A stretch of 64,000 nt of DNA from an uncultured Sphaerochaeta sp. (GCA_964617345.1 CAZTXW010000002.1:3100-67099), one strand, 5' to 3'. Counted from the stretch's first letter, positions 19,017-29,134 are shown. Notes: generated by a model from the sequence alone, not told the origin. A program made the numbers and translations.

Positions 19017-20234
19017 CTATCCCCTCTGGGAGTTGGCCATCAGGCGGATGGCGTTGATGTTGATGAAGCCTTTGCAGTCCACCGGCTCATAGCCGCCTGC
19101 CTTGTCCATCGAACCCAGTGCCTCATCATAGAGGGAGAGGGGACTGCTTACCCCTGCAAAGATGACATTGCCCTTGTAGAGGACCACCTTACTCGTTCCT
19201 GTCACTTTCTTCTGGCTCTGCTCGAAGGCTGCGCTGAGCATCTCAAACTCAGGGGCAAACCAGTATCCGTTGTAGATGAGGGTGGCATACTTGGGCATCA
19301 ACGAGTCACGCAGGTGCATGACCTCCTTGTCCATGGTGATGCCCTCGAGGTTGCGATGGGCTTTCCACAGGATCTCACAGCCGGGAGTCTCGTACACCCC
19401 ACGGCTCTTGATGCCGATATAGCGGTTCTCCACCATGTCCACCCGACCGATTGCATTGTCATGGCCCATCTTGTTGAGATAGAGAATCATTTCAAGCGGG
19501 TCGGTGACCACCGTCCCGTCATCTTCGTTTGTCACGGATATGGGCACGCCGTCCTTGAACTCAAAGCTCAGCTTCGTCTCCTTGTCTGCTGCCTCCTGTG
19601 GGCTGAGGGTGATGCTGAAAACGTCCTCACTACAGCGTAGTGAGGGGTCCTCAAGGACTCCTGCCTCATGGCTGATATGGATGAGGTTCTCATCTTCGCT
19701 GAAAGGTTTCTTGGTGGAAGCCTTGATGGAGATGCCATACTTCTTTGCATAGGCGATCATATCAGAGCGACCTTCAAACTCAGAAAGCCACTCGGGATCT
19801 TTCCAAGGGGAGATGATCTTCACCTCGGGCATGTGCATGTAGTAGCCGAACTCAAAGCGGACCTGGTCGTTTCCCTTGCCTGTAGCCCCATGGGCCACAT
19901 AGACAGTGCCCTCCTTCCTGGCAATCTCAATCTGACGCTTGGCAATGATAGGGCGGGCAAGGGAGGTGCCCAGCATATAGGTGCCTTCGTAGATTGCATT
20001 GGCCTTGAGGGCAGGGAACACGTAGTCGGTGACAAGTTCCTTGCGCAGGTCTTCGATGTAGACATTGGAAGCTCCTGTTGCATAGGCCTTCTTCTCTATG
20101 GCAGCAAAATCCTCGTTCTGCCCGACGTTAGCCACATAGGCGATGACATCAAAGCCCTTGTTTGCCAGCCACTTGAGGATAACCGAAGTATCGAGGCCCC
20201 CGCTGTATGCCAGAATCACTTTCTCTTTGTTCAT
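19017..20234 (-). CDS. argG: Argininosuccinate synthase
   Basis: [48 protein letters not shown]. Start MNKEKV at 20234 with AGGGAG. Confidence 0.97.
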   Translation of the reverse strand: MNKEKVILAYSGGLDTSVILKWLANKGFDVIAYVANVGQNEDFAAIEKKAYATGASNVYIEDLRKELVTDYVFPALKANAIYEGTYMLGTSLARPIIAKRQIEIARKEGTVYVAHGATGKGNDQVRFEFGYYMHMPEVKIISPWKDPEWLSEFEGRSDMIAYAKKYGISIKASTKKPFSEDENLIHISHEAGVLEDPSLRCSEDVFSITLSPQEAADKETKLSFEFKDGVPISVTNEDDGTVVTDPLEMILYLNKMGHDNAIGRVDMVENRYIGIKSRGVYETPGCEILWKAHRNLEGITMDKEVMHLRDSLMPKYATLIYNGYWFAPEFEMLSAAFEQSQKKVTGTSKVVLYKGNVIFAGVSSPLSLYDEALGSMDKAGGYEPVDCKGFININAIRLMANSQRG

Positions 20235-20288
20235 ACTATACAATCTCCCTGTTAGGTGTAATACATATAGGGGGATTCTACTGAACTG

Positions 20289-20384
20289 TGCAAAAATATT
20301 CAAGCAACTATGTATAAATATTCCAAAAAAGCAAGAAAAACAGCAAATTAAGACATAAAAAAAATATCTATGCATATTCATTCA
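20289..20384. promoter_or_regulatory. Three ARG-box-like operators upstream of argG
   Basis: TGCAAAAATATTCA (20289-20302), TGTATAAATATTCC (20311-20324), TGCATATTCATTCA (20371-20384). Confidence 0.72.
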
Positions 20385-20422
20385 CTGCTAAAAACCTAAT
20401 TAGAAAAGGTTCTAAATAGTTC

Positions 20423-20451
20423 TTGCCATTTCTGGTCTCTGCTCGTATACT
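20423..20451 (+). promoter_or_regulatory. Sigma70-type promoter for the ABC-2 exporter
   Basis: TTGCCA-N17-TATACT. Confidence 0.65.
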
Positions 20452-20471
20452 GCAATCAAAGAGAGTAGCAG

Positions 20472-21203
20472 ATGATAGAATTCAGACAGGTAAGCAAACG
20501 GTACGATGCAAGGAAACCCAAAGCGGTGGACAGATTGGACCTCACCATAGCAAGTGGGCAGATCTTCGGCTTCCTCGGTCCCAACGGGGCGGGTAAGAGC
20601 ACCACCATCAAGATGCTGGTGGGGATGCTTGCTCCCGACAGCGGGTCCATCCTTGTCGAGGGACAAGAGGTGGGCAAGGATAGCCTTGCCATAAAGAAGA
20701 TGATCGCCTACGTCGGGGACGAGCCGCTCTTCTATGAGAAGATGACAGGCCTCAGGCATCTGAATTTCATTGCCGATATCTTTGCAGTACCCCAAGAGAT
20801 ACGAAAAAGTCGCATTTCCGAGGTATCAGCTCTCTTTGAGATGGAAGGCTCCCTCCATGATGAGATCTCCTCCTACTCGCATGGAATGAAGCAGAAGCTA
20901 GGCATCATCGCAGCTCTGTTGCATGAGAGTCGCATCCTTATCCTGGATGAACCAATGGTAGGTCTCGATCCGAAGGCAGCCTTTACCCTGAAACAGACGA
21001 TGAGATCCTATGCCGACAGGGGAAATACCGTATTCTTCTCCACCCATGGCATGGAGGTAGCCCAGGATGTCTGTGACCGCATCGGCATCATAGGCAGGGG
21101 GAAGCTGCTGTTCGAAGGGACCGTCAGGGAGCTTGCTGGAAAACGGGGAGAAGCAACCTTGGAACAGCTCTTCCTTGACCTGACATCAGAGAAGGCACTC
21201 TGA
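20472..21203 (+). CDS. ABC-2 type transporter ATP-binding protein
   Basis: GPNGAGKST, YSHGMKQK, LDEPMVGLDP, FSTH. Confidence 0.92.
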   Translation: MIEFRQVSKRYDARKPKAVDRLDLTIASGQIFGFLGPNGAGKSTTIKMLVGMLAPDSGSILVEGQEVGKDSLAIKKMIAYVGDEPLFYEKMTGLRHLNFIADIFAVPQEIRKSRISEVSALFEMEGSLHDEISSYSHGMKQKLGIIAALLHESRILILDEPMVGLDPKAAFTLKQTMRSYADRGNTVFFSTHGMEVAQDVCDRIGIIGRGKLLFEGTVRELAGKRGEATLEQLFLDLTSEKAL

Positions 21204-22870
21204 TGCGTATCACCGTTGTCGTTTTGCTCGTACGGGCATTCCTGGATGGGGTCAAGCCCCTGAAAACCTACTTTTCCCGACTCTCTGTCTCCGACCAGAC
21301 AAAAAAGGGGAGAGCTAGGGTTTTTCAAGTGGTTCTCTCTACCCTGTTGGTCCTCAGCTTTGGTATCCTGATCATCATGCTCGGCTTCAACTACTACACC
21401 TACCAGACTTTGGGTGTTCTTTCCGGCATTCCCTATCTGGGTATATTCCTTGCTGTACTTGCAGGGTTTTTCTTTCTCTTCTTGCTCGCTTCCATCGGTC
21501 TCTCCTCCATCATATACCGTGGCAAGGACATTACATTAGCCTGTACACTCCCTGTCAGTGAACAGGAGCTGCTGGTAAGCCGCCTGCTCATTGCTTACAT
21601 TCTCTATCTTCCCATCTACGTGGGGATAGTGCTTCCCGCCATCGTGGTTGCTGCCTTCCTGGAAGGGGTGGGTATCCTCTTTGTCCTAGGAGGCATTGTC
21701 TTGCTGCTTCTTGGGCCCCTGTTACCGCTTTCCCTAGCCCTGCTATCTGCAACGGCTCTGGTGCATCTATCCAAGGGAAGGCGCTTCAGGATGGTCGAGC
21801 AACTCTTTTCCTTTCTCTTTATCCTGGCATTCTCGTTGGTCATGATCACCCTCTTCAGCAGGAATATGGGAGAGGATTCCTCGTTCCAGGTCGACTACCA
21901 GGTGATGATGCTGAGTTTCGACAGTACCTTCAGGACCCTGGTAGGGTTGTTCCCTCTCTTTGTGTTGCAAAGTCGGATGCTGTGGTCCCTCCAAGCCCTA
22001 CTTGTCCAGAGCCTGCTGCTCCTGCTAGTCTCCCTGGCGATCTGCCTGGTTGTCGGACGGGGGTATACACGCTCCATTTCAATGGTCTTTTCTTCGCAAA
22101 GTGTGACGCGAACCAAAAAAAAACACGGGAAACAGGATTTCAAGCCCAGGAGCCAGAACCTTAGTCTCATCATTCGTGAGCTGGAGGTGATCAAAGGTCA
22201 GTCTGTCTTCATGATTGAGGTGATAGGGGAGCTTCTGATCCCGTTGATATTGCTCGGTGTCTATGCCCTTACCGGGGTGTTGGGTGAACTGGAGGGGATG
22301 GCAAATCTGGTCGCTTCATCACCGTTTCTGCCCTACGGCCTTCTCCTTGGTGTGCTACTCATTTCCAGCATCAGCATGCTCAGCAGTACCAGTGTAAGCC
22401 GACAGGGACCCCTGTTCACCCTTGATAAGAGCCTTCCCCTCAAGCCCAGCGTGTTCGTCAAGGCAAAGCTTATGCTGCATCTCCTGCTGGTTGGGACGAC
22501 CAGCCTGCTATACCTGGCCATTGCGCTGCTGTTTTTCAGGGTCCCATTGTCTCATCTTTTGTGGATGATGCCCCTTGCCCTGCTGGTGGTGTTCAGCGTT
22601 GCCGCCTTCGGCCTTGCCATAGATTACAGACGCCCCATGCTCAGCTGGAGCATCCCCCAGCAGGCGATGAAGAGCAATCTGAATGGATTGCTGGGTATGG
22701 GGGTCTCCCTTGCTGTGATCCTAGGGGTGGGGATAGCGCTCTGTATCCCCATTCTCCTTGTCTCCTCACAGGCCCTAGGTATAGGGCTTTCTCTCCTATT
22801 TGCTAGTAGTATCAGCATCTTCTCCTGGAAGTACTGTATCGCTCAGGCCTCAACGGCCTTTTCGAGATAG
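21203..22870 (+). CDS. Putative ABC-2 exporter permease (multi-TM)
   Basis: About 14 hydrophobic segments; two LP(V/L)..(R/K)L repeats; SVSRQG and IDYRRPMLSW motifs; coupled to the ATPase. Confidence 0.82.
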   Translation: MRITVVVLLVRAFLDGVKPLKTYFSRLSVSDQTKKGRARVFQVVLSTLLVLSFGILIIMLGFNYYTYQTLGVLSGIPYLGIFLAVLAGFFFLFLLASIGLSSIIYRGKDITLACTLPVSEQELLVSRLLIAYILYLPIYVGIVLPAIVVAAFLEGVGILFVLGGIVLLLLGPLLPLSLALLSATALVHLSKGRRFRMVEQLFSFLFILAFSLVMITLFSRNMGEDSSFQVDYQVMMLSFDSTFRTLVGLFPLFVLQSRMLWSLQALLVQSLLLLLVSLAICLVVGRGYTRSISMVFSSQSVTRTKKKHGKQDFKPRSQNLSLIIRELEVIKGQSVFMIEVIGELLIPLILLGVYALTGVLGELEGMANLVASSPFLPYGLLLGVLLISSISMLSSTSVSRQGPLFTLDKSLPLKPSVFVKAKLMLHLLLVGTTSLLYLAIALLFFRVPLSHLLWMMPLALLVVFSVAAFGLAIDYRRPMLSWSIPQQAMKSNLNGLLGMGVSLAVILGVGIALCIPILLVSSQALGIGLSLLFASSISIFSWKYCIAQASTAFSR

Positions 22871-23523
22871 GAGAGGCAGCGCTGGAGAGCCGAGTGAAGA
22901 TCAAAGAAGGTCTCGAAAGGATATCTTGCCCCTTCTCCATTCCAGTCTATGATGAGTCCCAGGTCAGCTTCCTCGAGCATGGGTATGTCTGTAGGACCAT
23001 CGCCAACGGCAATGGAGTGGGCATATGGTTTCTTGAGCTCGGCAAAGGCAGCACGTTTCTCTTCAGGACTGCCAATGGTGCACACGATATCGGGCTTTTT
23101 GCCCGTGGTGAAGTGCAGGCTCTTCCCGCTTACCTGAAAGAAATGATGATCGATCTTATGCAGGGCGAGAAATGCATGGATGATGTTCTCGGTTCCGCAG
23201 CTGAGGATGGCCAGGTCAGCCCTCTCTGCTAGCTCTTTGAGCAGCACAAACTGGTTGGGATCGACCAGGTCAAAGAGGTCAGAGGCCACCTCATCTATCT
23301 GAGAGGGGGTACACCCCCCAAGCAGGTCATGGTAGCGTCGGTTGAACTCACCCAGCCCCATTTTTCCCTGGTTGTCCTTCAGTACCATGCGTTTGGCACG
23401 AATTCGGTTCAGGTGTCCACGGCCCTTGGCTGTGGAAAGGATGAGTCTCTGCTCACTGTCATAGGGGAGCAGAGGATAGAGGGTGCCGTCGAAATCAAAG
23501 GCGACGAGGGTTTTCTTTTTCAT
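22843..23523 (-). CDS. HAD-IB family hydrolase (phosphoserine-phosphatase-like)
   Basis: FDFDGTL, LSCG, VGDGPTDIPML. Confidence 0.85.
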   Translation of the reverse strand: MKKKTLVAFDFDGTLYPLLPYDSEQRLILSTAKGRGHLNRIRAKRMVLKDNQGKMGLGEFNRRYHDLLGGCTPSQIDEVASDLFDLVDPNQFVLLKELAERADLAILSCGTENIIHAFLALHKIDHHFFQVSGKSLHFTTGKKPDIVCTIGSPEEKRAAFAELKKPYAHSIAVGDGPTDIPMLEEADLGLIIDWNGEGARYPFETFFDLHSALQRCLSYLEKAVEA

Positions 23524-23546
23524 GCACCAAGTCTAGCAAAGAGCAC

Positions 23547-23584
23547 AAAAAAAAGGAAGGGATTATCACATAATCCCTTCCTTT
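23547..23584 (-). terminator. Intrinsic terminator after hflC
   Basis: AAAAAAAAGGAAGGGATTAT-CAC-ATAATCCCTTCCTTT: long perfect stem, U tract on the minus strand. Confidence 0.85.
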
Positions 23585-23599
23585 CAAGAAAATTAGAGT

Positions 23600-24595
23600 T
23601 TACTTGCCCAGAGTCTCACCGTAGATACGGTTGAAGTACTGCATATCAGTGCTGAGAATCTTATCCAGGGTAGGAATGGTTTTCCTGTAGGACTCCAGTG
23701 TTCTCCACAGTTCGAAGAACTCAGGGTCCACCTCATAGGAATTGGCATAGATGGTAGCGGCCTTGGCATCTGCAATACCCTTGATGGTTTCACTCTTGGA
23801 GTATGCTTCAGAAAGGATTACCTTCTCCTCGTTCTGGGTCTTACCTTGCCACTGGGCAAGCTGACCACGACCGTAGGAGCGGTAGGCTTCAGCTATCTGG
23901 TTCCTCTCCTTGATCATCCTCTGGTAGACGCTTTCGGTGAGGTCATCACTGTAGCGGATCTGCCTGACGACGATATCTATGAGCTCGATGCCAAAGGCAT
24001 CGGTGAACTGCTTCGCCTGGTCAAACATCATCTGGCTCAAGCCATCACGGCCTATGTTGATGGTCTCCTGCTTTGCCTGGGTGGCTGTCAGGTTACGCAG
24101 CGTCTCGGCATCCTCGACATTGTCGAGGTTCTGGACCTGCTCCTCCACCTTGATGTTGTTGATCTTGTTGGTGTTCCTGACCGATTCATTGAGGAAGTTC
24201 TCACTGATGATGGTCCTGATCGAGGAGTCAAGCACGTCATTCAGCCTGGAAAGACCATTGTTGACCGTATTGACGGTCTCATAGTATTTGGCTGCATCGG
24301 CTATCTTCCAGCGGGCAGTGGTATCAACCCAGATGAACTGGTTTTCCTTGGTGGGAATGCGCTGTGCAGCACCATCCCAGGAGATGATCTTCTTTGGATA
24401 TATCACCACGGTGTCGACTACGGGCATCTTGAATTTCAGACCTGCATCCTTTTGGGTATCAACTATCTTACCAAAGCGGGTAACTACCGACTGTTGGCCT
24501 TCATACAGGATGTAGAAAGGTCCCAGTAAGACGAATACGACCAGAAAGATTGCGACTATTACCAGTGTGGTTACGAGTTTTTTATTGGTTTTCAT
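23600..24595 (-). CDS. hflC: FtsH protease modulator HflC
   Basis: VVTRFGK, GLKFKMP, VYQRMIKER, DPEFFELWRTLESY; follows hflK. Confidence 0.92.
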   Translation of the reverse strand: MKTNKKLVTTLVIVAIFLVVFVLLGPFYILYEGQQSVVTRFGKIVDTQKDAGLKFKMPVVDTVVIYPKKIISWDGAAQRIPTKENQFIWVDTTARWKIADAAKYYETVNTVNNGLSRLNDVLDSSIRTIISENFLNESVRNTNKINNIKVEEQVQNLDNVEDAETLRNLTATQAKQETINIGRDGLSQMMFDQAKQFTDAFGIELIDIVVRQIRYSDDLTESVYQRMIKERNQIAEAYRSYGRGQLAQWQGKTQNEEKVILSEAYSKSETIKGIADAKAATIYANSYEVDPEFFELWRTLESYRKTIPTLDKILSTDMQYFNRIYGETLGK

Positions 24596-25572
24596 TTTTC
24601 ACCCCCAAGCATCTGGATAGGGAGGAAATTGGAAAGGTTCTTGTCCACCAGGGTGACCGAGCCACCATCGGCAGGATTTATGATCGATTCCATTGCCTCG
24701 ATGTAGAGTCTTGTACGGGTAATCTCCTCGTTCTGTTTGTATACCTCAAGGACACTGTTAAAACGTGCAACGTCACCATCTGCCTGGTTTACGCGTTCTG
24801 CTGCGTACCCCTGTGCGATCTGGATAACCTTGTTCGCTTCACCCTTTGCGGAGGGGATGACCATGTTGTAGTTCTGTTTTCCTTCGTTGATGAGACGGTT
24901 CATGTCCTGTATGGCCTTGTTGACGTCCTCAAAGGCATCCTGGACAGCCCCAACAGGTGGGACGATGTTCTGCAGTTTGACCGTTACGATCCTAACGCCA
25001 AGACCGTAGGTGTCAAACACCTTCTGCATCTCTTCCTGGGCTTCGACCTCAATCTTTGTTCGTTCACTTGTCATGACCGAAAGGATGGGAAGGTCGCCTA
25101 CAAGCTTGTTCATGACGCTCTGGCTGATATCCCTGATGGTCGTCTCCCTTGATTCGACATTGAACATCCACTTTACGGGATCTTCAATCTTGTACTGTAC
25201 GATCCACTCGACATCGATGATGTTTAAGTCGCCTGTAAGCATGACAGACTCATTGGCATAGTCTGGGTTTGCAAACACGGCACTTTTGGAAGGACTCGAT
25301 CGGTAGCCGAATGTCATTGTCTGGACAACTTGGGTTGGTACATTGTAACTAGCTTCAATTCCCAGGGGAATCTTAGTCTGAAGTCCAGGTCCTACGGTAC
25401 GGCTAAACTTGCCTAAGCGAAGTACAACCGCTTGTTCGGTCTGGTCAACAACAAAAAAGCTGCTGAGAACCAGCATAACCAACACGATGGCAACAATAAT
25501 CCAGATAACCAGTTTAGGGCTGATATTGTTCGTTTTTCGTGCAGGCCTCTGTGGCTGCTGCATGGTATCCAT
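24592..25572 (-). CDS. hflK: FtsH protease modulator HflK
   Basis: MLTGDLNII, VQDAFEDVNKA, TRTRLYIE; single N-terminal TM; RBS AAGGAG. Confidence 0.92.
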   Translation of the reverse strand: MDTMQQPQRPARKTNNISPKLVIWIIVAIVLVMLVLSSFFVVDQTEQAVVLRLGKFSRTVGPGLQTKIPLGIEASYNVPTQVVQTMTFGYRSSPSKSAVFANPDYANESVMLTGDLNIIDVEWIVQYKIEDPVKWMFNVESRETTIRDISQSVMNKLVGDLPILSVMTSERTKIEVEAQEEMQKVFDTYGLGVRIVTVKLQNIVPPVGAVQDAFEDVNKAIQDMNRLINEGKQNYNMVIPSAKGEANKVIQIAQGYAAERVNQADGDVARFNSVLEVYKQNEEITRTRLYIEAMESIINPADGGSVTLVDKNLSNFLPIQMLGGEK

Positions 25573-25706
25573 GATTTCTCCTTGATGTGTCGGATAGACA
25601 CACCTCTAATGTACTTACTCCCAGCGGTATCGTCAAGGTCGCAATATGGTTTCTAATGTACTGTTTGGCATTGAAATTATGTTGTAAGCGTTCTATTATG
25701 TCCCTT

Positions 25707-27941
25707 ATGAAAAAGAGACTCGTAACATCCGCTTTACCGTATGTAAACAACATTCCTCATCTTGGGAATCTGCTCCAAGTGCTTTCAGCCGACGTTTTTG
25801 CTCGGTTCTGTCGCTCCAAGGGGTATGAAACCCTGTATATCTGTGGCACCGATGAGTATGGGACAGCCACTGAGACCAAGGCCCTCAAGGAAGGGGTTAC
25901 GCCTCAGGAGCTTTGTGACCATTACTATGCTATCCACAGGGATATCTACAGATGGTTTGACATTAAGTTTGATCATTTCGGGCGCACAAGCACTCCGGAA
26001 CAGACCCGCATCGTGCAGGAAATCTTTGCAAAGGTCGATGAGGCAGGCTATATCAGCGAGCATGAGACAGAACAGCTGTACTGTCCGTCGTGTGAGCGCT
26101 TCCTTGCAGACCGCCTTGTAGAGGGGACCTGCCCCCATTGTGGCAGTACAGGTGCACGAGGGGACCAGTGTGATGCATGTCAGACCCTTCTCGACCCCAT
26201 AGAACTTCTGGATAGCCATTGCGGGGTGTGCGGGACAAAACCCGAGGTCAGGAAAACCCGCCATCTCTATATAGATCTGCCAAAAGCACTTCCCCTGCTG
26301 GAGGCCTGGATGCAAGAGGCTAGTGTGGAGGGGTTCTGGGCAAACAATGCCATCCAGGTCACCAAGTCCTGGATTCGCGATGGACTGAAGGAACGCTGTA
26401 TAACACGGGACTTGAAGTGGGGTATCCCCGTTCCGAAACCTGGTTTTGAGAACAAGGTCTTCTATGTCTGGTTTGATGCGCCCATTGGGTATGTATCCAT
26501 CACGGCCAACGGAACGCCTGACTGGAAGAGGTGGTGGCATGAGCCTGAAAGCACCGAACTCTTCCAATTCATCGGAAAGGACAACATTCCCTTCCATACG
26601 GTCATCTTCCCCTCATGCCAGCTGGCAACTGGGGACAAGTGGACCATGCTCCATCACATGAGCAGCACCGAGTACCTCAACTATGAGGGGGGTAAGTTCA
26701 GCAAGAGCCTTGGCATAGGCATCTTTGGCAATGATGTGCAGGATACCGGCATCCCTGTCGATGCCTGGCGCTTCTATATGTTCTACAATCGCCCTGAAAA
26801 GAGTGACGTCACCTTCACCTGGTCTGATTTCCAGGAGAAGATAAACGGTGAACTCATCGGCAACCTCTCCAACCTCGTCAACCGTACTCTTACCTTCATC
26901 AGAAGATTCTATGATGGGGTTCTTCCCGAAGGCGAGATCGATGCAACCCTGAAAGAGCAGATACTGGAGAAGGAGAAGGCTATTGATGCTTTCTTGGAAC
27001 GTGCTGAAGAGCGCGATGCCCTGAGGCAGATCATCGCCCTCTCCTCGATCGGCAACAAGGCCTTCCAGGATGGGGAGCCCTGGAAGATGAGAAATGAGAA
27101 CCCCCAGAAGGCCGCGTCCCTGTTGAGGACCCTCGTCTATCTCATCCGCGACCTTGGCATCATGATCGAGCCTTACATGCCAAGCACAAGTAAGAAGGTG
27201 CTCTCCTTTTTGGGAAGTGAGAGCTCCCGCTGGACAGACCTGGGCTCCTTCAGTGGAGTCGAGGAGGTACGGGAGACCAGCCTGCTATTCAGCAAGCTTG
27301 AAGACAGCCTGATCGATGAGCTGCGTGCACGTTTTGCGGGATCGCAGGACGAACGGGCAGAGAAGGAGAAAGCGGCTTCACAGCACACGAATACCAAAAT
27401 ACCGGAGAAAGCAATGGATAGTACAGAAACGCAAGAGAGCCTGGCAGAACAGTTCAACCGGAGGGTCATCCTCAAGGTTGCCCGTATCACGAATGTGGAG
27501 AAGCATCCCAATGGGGACAAGCTGTACATACTCACCCTGGATTGCAAGGAAGAGGAGAGTCGTACCATCGTCAGTTCCATTGTTCCTTTCTACAGCGCAG
27601 AAGAGTTGCAGGATCAGAACATAGTGTTGGTAAGCAACCTCAAGCCAGCCAATTTCCGTGGGGTGAAAAGCCGTGGGATGTTGCTTGCTGCAAGCGAAAT
27701 GGGTGATGAGAACCACGAAACCTGTGAGGTGCTCTTCGCCCCTCAGTTTGAAGTGGGCACCATCTTGCAGCCAGAGGGATTTGAGCCCCCCCTAGAAGCA
27801 CCCTCCTATGTGAAAGCCGATCATTTTTTTGCAATGCCTATAGTTGCTGAGGATGGTATTGTAAAGATCGATGGAAAAGTCATTGGAGCGGAAGGCAAGA
27901 GCCTTACCTCCAAAAAATATCTTAATGGTCCTGTAGGCTGA
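25707..27941 (+). CDS. metG: Methionine--tRNA ligase with C-terminal tRNA-binding domain
   Basis: TSALPYVNNIPHLGN, GTDEYGT, zinc knuckles, YVWFDA, GKDNIPFH, KFSKS; C-terminal Trbp111-like domain. Start MKKRLV. Confidence 0.96.
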   Translation: MKKRLVTSALPYVNNIPHLGNLLQVLSADVFARFCRSKGYETLYICGTDEYGTATETKALKEGVTPQELCDHYYAIHRDIYRWFDIKFDHFGRTSTPEQTRIVQEIFAKVDEAGYISEHETEQLYCPSCERFLADRLVEGTCPHCGSTGARGDQCDACQTLLDPIELLDSHCGVCGTKPEVRKTRHLYIDLPKALPLLEAWMQEASVEGFWANNAIQVTKSWIRDGLKERCITRDLKWGIPVPKPGFENKVFYVWFDAPIGYVSITANGTPDWKRWWHEPESTELFQFIGKDNIPFHTVIFPSCQLATGDKWTMLHHMSSTEYLNYEGGKFSKSLGIGIFGNDVQDTGIPVDAWRFYMFYNRPEKSDVTFTWSDFQEKINGELIGNLSNLVNRTLTFIRRFYDGVLPEGEIDATLKEQILEKEKAIDAFLERAEERDALRQIIALSSIGNKAFQDGEPWKMRNENPQKAASLLRTLVYLIRDLGIMIEPYMPSTSKKVLSFLGSESSRWTDLGSFSGVEEVRETSLLFSKLEDSLIDELRARFAGSQDERAEKEKAASQHTNTKIPEKAMDSTETQESLAEQFNRRVILKVARITNVEKHPNGDKLYILTLDCKEEESRTIVSSIVPFYSAEELQDQNIVLVSNLKPANFRGVKSRGMLLAASEMGDENHETCEVLFAPQFEVGTILQPEGFEPPLEAPSYVKADHFFAMPIVAEDGIVKIDGKVIGAEGKSLTSKKYLNGPVG

Positions 27942-27968
27942 ACCCACTGGGAAATAAGCGTACACTAT

Positions 27969-27990
27969 AGGGGCCATCTGGCCCCTTTTT
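27969..27990 (+). terminator. Intrinsic terminator after metG
   Basis: AGGGGCCA-TC-TGGCCCCTTTTT. Confidence 0.75.
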
Positions 27991-28019
27991 GTTAGATGTC
28001 ATGGTAGGATGGAGGCACT

Positions 28020-29066
28020 ATGAAACTGGTTCCGATGGATTATAAGAAGATGCCCAGCATGAGCTCGCCGTTACAGAGTAGTTTCTGGGCTGCCGTAAAG
28101 CATGGCTCAGGATGGAAACCCTATGCCTTCACCATAGAGATGGAGGGATGGACATCCTCTGTGCTCGTATTGGTGAAGCGTCTGTTCCTGTTCTCCAGTC
28201 TTGCTTACATACCCTTCGGACCTGATGTGTTTCATAACCCCCAGCACTCTGTAAGTGATTTTTTGGTCAGCTTGTCAAAGGAACTGAAGAAGGAACTTCC
28301 CAAAAGCGTCTTTTCCATCAGGTATGACCTTCCCTGGGACGAGGTGAACGACCCTAATGTGATGTACCTCTCCTCAGGTCGTTTCCGTACGGCAAAAGAG
28401 AGCGTGCAACCCGATGGAACAGTGCGCATTGCCTTGCAATGGGGCTATCATGCGGTGAGCATTGGCTATCGTGACCGGGCAAAGCGCGCCCTGCGCAAAA
28501 GTAAGCCGGTGTACCAGGTATCTGTGTGGAATGGGGAGTCTGCCGTTTTCAAGCGTTGGTATGAGACCTACCTTGAGACCGCACGCCGTGACGGCTTTAC
28601 CCCTAGGCCTGAAAAGTACCTGAAGGCCTTGCTCTCCCTGGACGGCAAGGTGCATGGGGATGTCGCGTGCAAACTTATCCTCGCTAGGGAAGGGACGATC
28701 CTCGTCGGGGGCCTGATGCTGCTGATGAGTGCAACGGAGGCTGTGTATCTGTATGGTTCGACCCTCCGCCAGGATGGTATCTCGTGTTCCTATATCCTGC
28801 AGGACTTTGCCATCCGCATGGCTTGCGAAAGCGGGTGCCAGTTCTATGACATGCATGGGATTCCCGGGGCGAAGGGTAGGGGCGACCATCTTGCCAGCCT
28901 GGAGCTGTTCAAGCTCTCCTTTGGCGGGCAGAGCTACTATCGCACTCCGACCACAGACTATGTCCTGCATTTCTTCCGTTGGAAAACTTATTCGGTGGTC
29001 GAGCACTTCCGTTACCGCATGAATCGCAAGACCAAGAGCCAGGAAGCGATAGAGAAGCCCTTCTAG
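28020..29066 (+). CDS. FemAB/FemX-family peptidoglycan bridge aminoacyltransferase
   Basis: LQSSFWAAVK..GW, YIPFGP, VQPDGT, ETARRDGF, YLYGS, YDMHGI, FKLSFGG. Confidence 0.85.
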   Translation: MKLVPMDYKKMPSMSSPLQSSFWAAVKHGSGWKPYAFTIEMEGWTSSVLVLVKRLFLFSSLAYIPFGPDVFHNPQHSVSDFLVSLSKELKKELPKSVFSIRYDLPWDEVNDPNVMYLSSGRFRTAKESVQPDGTVRIALQWGYHAVSIGYRDRAKRALRKSKPVYQVSVWNGESAVFKRWYETYLETARRDGFTPRPEKYLKALLSLDGKVHGDVACKLILAREGTILVGGLMLLMSATEAVYLYGSTLRQDGISCSYILQDFAIRMACESGCQFYDMHGIPGAKGRGDHLASLELFKLSFGGQSYYRTPTTDYVLHFFRWKTYSVVEHFRYRMNRKTKSQEAIEKPF

Positions 29067-29134
29067 GATTTGTATGGAATGGCTTCTCAGGGTACTAAAG
29101 GTTGTAGGGCAAGGGGCTACTCTAGAACCATAGC

